Shown one piece after another: positions 63,101 through 64,000 of a stretch of 64,000 nucleotides of DNA. The notes beneath the pieces were generated by a model, which worked only from the letters and a program-made list of their open reading frames with translations, had not been told where the DNA came from and made no database searches. The stretch's first letter is position 1. Each line of letters begins with the position of its first letter. Both the position numbers and the translations under genes were made by a program. Source of the stretch: an uncultured Campylobacterales bacterium. GTDB lineage: Bacteria; Campylobacterota; Campylobacteria; Campylobacterales; QNZT01. Where the stretch lies: the NCBI GenBank assembly GCA_964443745.1, contig CAYUEN010000004.1, positions 13,802 through 77,801 of the forward strand, read 5' to 3'.

Positions 63101-64000
63101 TCGCCGAAAAAGTGGGATTGGAGACGGAACAAGCCTACACCTCCGAAGATATCGCCCGGATGGATGACGAAACGCTTGAAAAGGTGTTGAACCGAAAGGT
63201 CCTTTTCGCCAGAGCCCGTCCCGAGGACAAACTCAGAATCGTAAAAAACCTCCAGAGGATGCACCATATCGTGGGGATGACCGGAGACGGAGTCAACGAC
63301 GCGCCCGCCCTCAAACAGGCCGATATCGGTATCGCGATGGGCAAAAAAGGGACCGACGTCGCCAAGGCCGCCGCCGATATGGTACTGCTTGACGACAACT
63401 TCGCCACGATAATTCGCGCACTCAGAGAGGGTCGCCGTCAATACGACAACGTCAAAAAATTCGTCACCTATCTGCTTTCGTCCAATACCGGCGAGGTGAT
63501 CGCGATTTTTATGAACATCATCCTCGGAGGCCCGCTGATTCTGTTGCCGGTGCAGATTTTGTGGATGAATCTGGTCACCGACGGGATGACGGCCGTGGCG
63601 CTCGGCGTGGAGCCGGCCGAAAAAGGAATCATGAAACGTCCTCCCAGATCGCTGGAAGAGCCTATAGTGGGAAGATGGGAGATCGGAATGATCGCCGTGT
63701 TGGGTGCCTATATCGGCATCGCGACGCTCTGGCTGCATCATCACTATCTCGCATCCGGTCAACCCGATGGCGAAATTCTCGCCCAGACGGTCGCATTCAC
63801 CGGTATCATCGTATTGGAGAAGATGAATGTCTTCAACTATCGCTCCTTTTCGGGCCCGATCGTGAAGACGACGGGATTTTTCTCCAACGGATGGATTCTG
63901 GTGGCGATCGTCACGACTCTGGGATTGCAGGCGTGCGCCCTCTATCTGCCGTTTTTGCAAAAAGCGCTCCATACGGTACCGCTTGGCTGGAGCGAGTGGG
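60169..64000 (+). CDS. Fusion protein: N-terminal CPA-type cation/proton antiporter domain plus P-type cation-transporting ATPase (3' end beyond the window)
   Basis: By hand translation the frame is open from ATG 60169 to the window end, consistent with its absence from the stop-bounded track. About 395 aa are antiporter-like TM helices, then WHAKPLKEIL..., TGES, PEGLPAVVT, CSDKTGTITQN, TGDSPETA and GDGVNDAPALKQADIG. Confidence 0.8.
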   Translation, partial: MMETVEISRILFDLSLIFFLTFALGALLARVRIPVILSALFVGMGLRYLPLFEHILQTPRLAEIFDFLSNLGVLFLLLYIGLQIEMKKMMQSSRDIVWLTVLNTLFPFVLGMAVMFAFGYGPVIAFVIGMTRMPTAEAVIVPILDEFKMIKSRIGTFIIGAGVLDDVIEVFLVGFVSVWIGVRAGAGEGGMVVLFFGILSFVIFSYIFYAYFARIVHRFIPKSTSNLLIFSLMILFVFGGFSEKTEIGMVVGAITAGVVLRPILEKAGKNGAFVSKTISTVSYGFFGIIFFFWIGFNIDLGGLLEEPILAIALYLAGTIGKLLGVFLMVPMKRLSFKEALTIGVGLDARLTTEIIVAQLLFFSHIIDSTLFTALVAASSFTALTVPLIFTLLVRHYGKSLEGGGTKPLSAPKKRLYPWHAKPLKEILSRLDTDPQKGLDASKVRERAAYFGPNELQKIKKTPWYLILLRQFTDVLILILFAAAIVSLALGETADAITIFVIILLNALLGFVQEYKADTEIYKLQQMLSPECKVIRDGKERIVDAKSLVPGDIVVLEIGDRVPADLRLIEAQNLKVDESSLTGESLPVHKDLEPVAPDTPLAQRSDMVWMGTTVVNGLARGVVVRTGMETEFGEIARLTQTVEHKPTPLQKKLARLGKRLGIYSVSIAVSVALIGWMTGKGLMEMFLTGVSLAVAVVPEGLPAVVTITLALGIRAMVKQKALLRRLQAAETLGSATVLCSDKTGTITQNEMTVKKIWLPSGMLDVTGIGYDPAGHFEKEGKRFDYENAPDLRLLLKTGLVCNHAKVTKEGDEWKIIGEPTEASLIVAAYKAWMSPEPRRVVTEFSFNSIRKRMSVVVEENAHLRAYVKGAPEVILERSRWLLDSGKVREIDDKSRERIMTQYKKMASEGLRTLALAYRDLPADTPMREEAVEKELVFLGIVGIIDPPHEEAAESIAMAKEAGVKVIMITGDSPETALAIAEKVGLETEQAYTSEDIARMDDETLEKVLNRKVLFARARPEDKLRIVKNLQRMHHIVGMTGDGVNDAPALKQADIGIAMGKKGTDVAKAAADMVLLDDNFATIIRALREGRRQYDNVKKFVTYLLSSNTGEVIAIFMNIILGGPLILLPVQILWMNLVTDGMTAVALGVEPAEKGIMKRPPRSLEEPIVGRWEIGMIAVLGAYIGIATLWLHHHYLASGQPDGEILAQTVAFTGIIVLEKMNVFNYRSFSGPIVKTTGFFSNGWILVAIVTTLGLQACALYLPFLQKALHTVPLGWSEW

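Noticed and set aside
61861-63972. 703-aa minus-strand ORF
   Set aside because: It lies antisense to the P-type ATPase region, whose plus-strand translation carries every canonical ATPase motif. The minus-strand product is R/H/D/G-rich low-complexity sequence, typical of shadow ORFs in GC-rich coding DNA.
1-64000. Search for rRNA, tRNA, CRISPR arrays, IS elements, integrases and prophage genes
   Set aside because: Nothing convincing was seen by eye: the intergenic regions are short, and there are no regularly spaced repeats or cloverleaf-like segments. tRNAscan, Infernal and CRISPR finders should be run, because small RNAs cannot be excluded manually.

Overview
Dense two-strand chromosomal segment with about 66 protein-coding genes. 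I recognised no rRNA, tRNA, CRISPR array, transposase or integrase by eye. By eye it is moderately GC-rich, apart from one AT-rich islet at about 45.05-45.6 kb. Housekeeping anchors are a comF-like fragment, gyrA, asd, hemE, hemJ, lhgO, a cmoA-like gene and yebC. The host looks like a chemolithotrophic member of the Campylobacterota (epsilonproteobacteria). That is an inference from gene content (orphan NtrC/FlgR-type sigma-54 activator, several c-type cytochromes, SQR-like flavoprotein, rhodanese, DUF134, Sel1 protein) and pervasive ATGA/GTGA start-stop overlaps, not a database result. Many track ORFs carry spurious N-terminal extensions; I re-called those starts from signal peptides, homology onset and Shine-Dalgarno (SD) motifs. 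Main second-look items: (1) an ORF that never terminates in the window (so it is absent from the track) and fuses a CPA-type cation/proton antiporter to a P-type ATPase (60169-64000); (2) a four-gene periplasmic PilJ/NIT sensor-module cluster ending in a membrane pseudo-histidine-kinase with no phospho-acceptor and no response regulator (35586-39506); (3) a self-contained 2-oxoacid dehydrogenase supra-operon carrying AhpD-like, YbiB/TrpD2-like, hemerythrin, LipB and LipA genes (20937-28457); (4) an operon of odd secreted proteins (G-K-G repeat protein, K/R-rich protein, Sel1, DUF134, dihaem cytochrome c) flanked by a shared 11-bp-phased tandem motif, next to an OmpR/HK pair, a 12-haem cytochrome and a DUF1800/DUF1501 pair (a second such pair lies at 55.7-58.9 kb). 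All family assignments come from motif recognition by eye and need HMM/BLAST confirmation.
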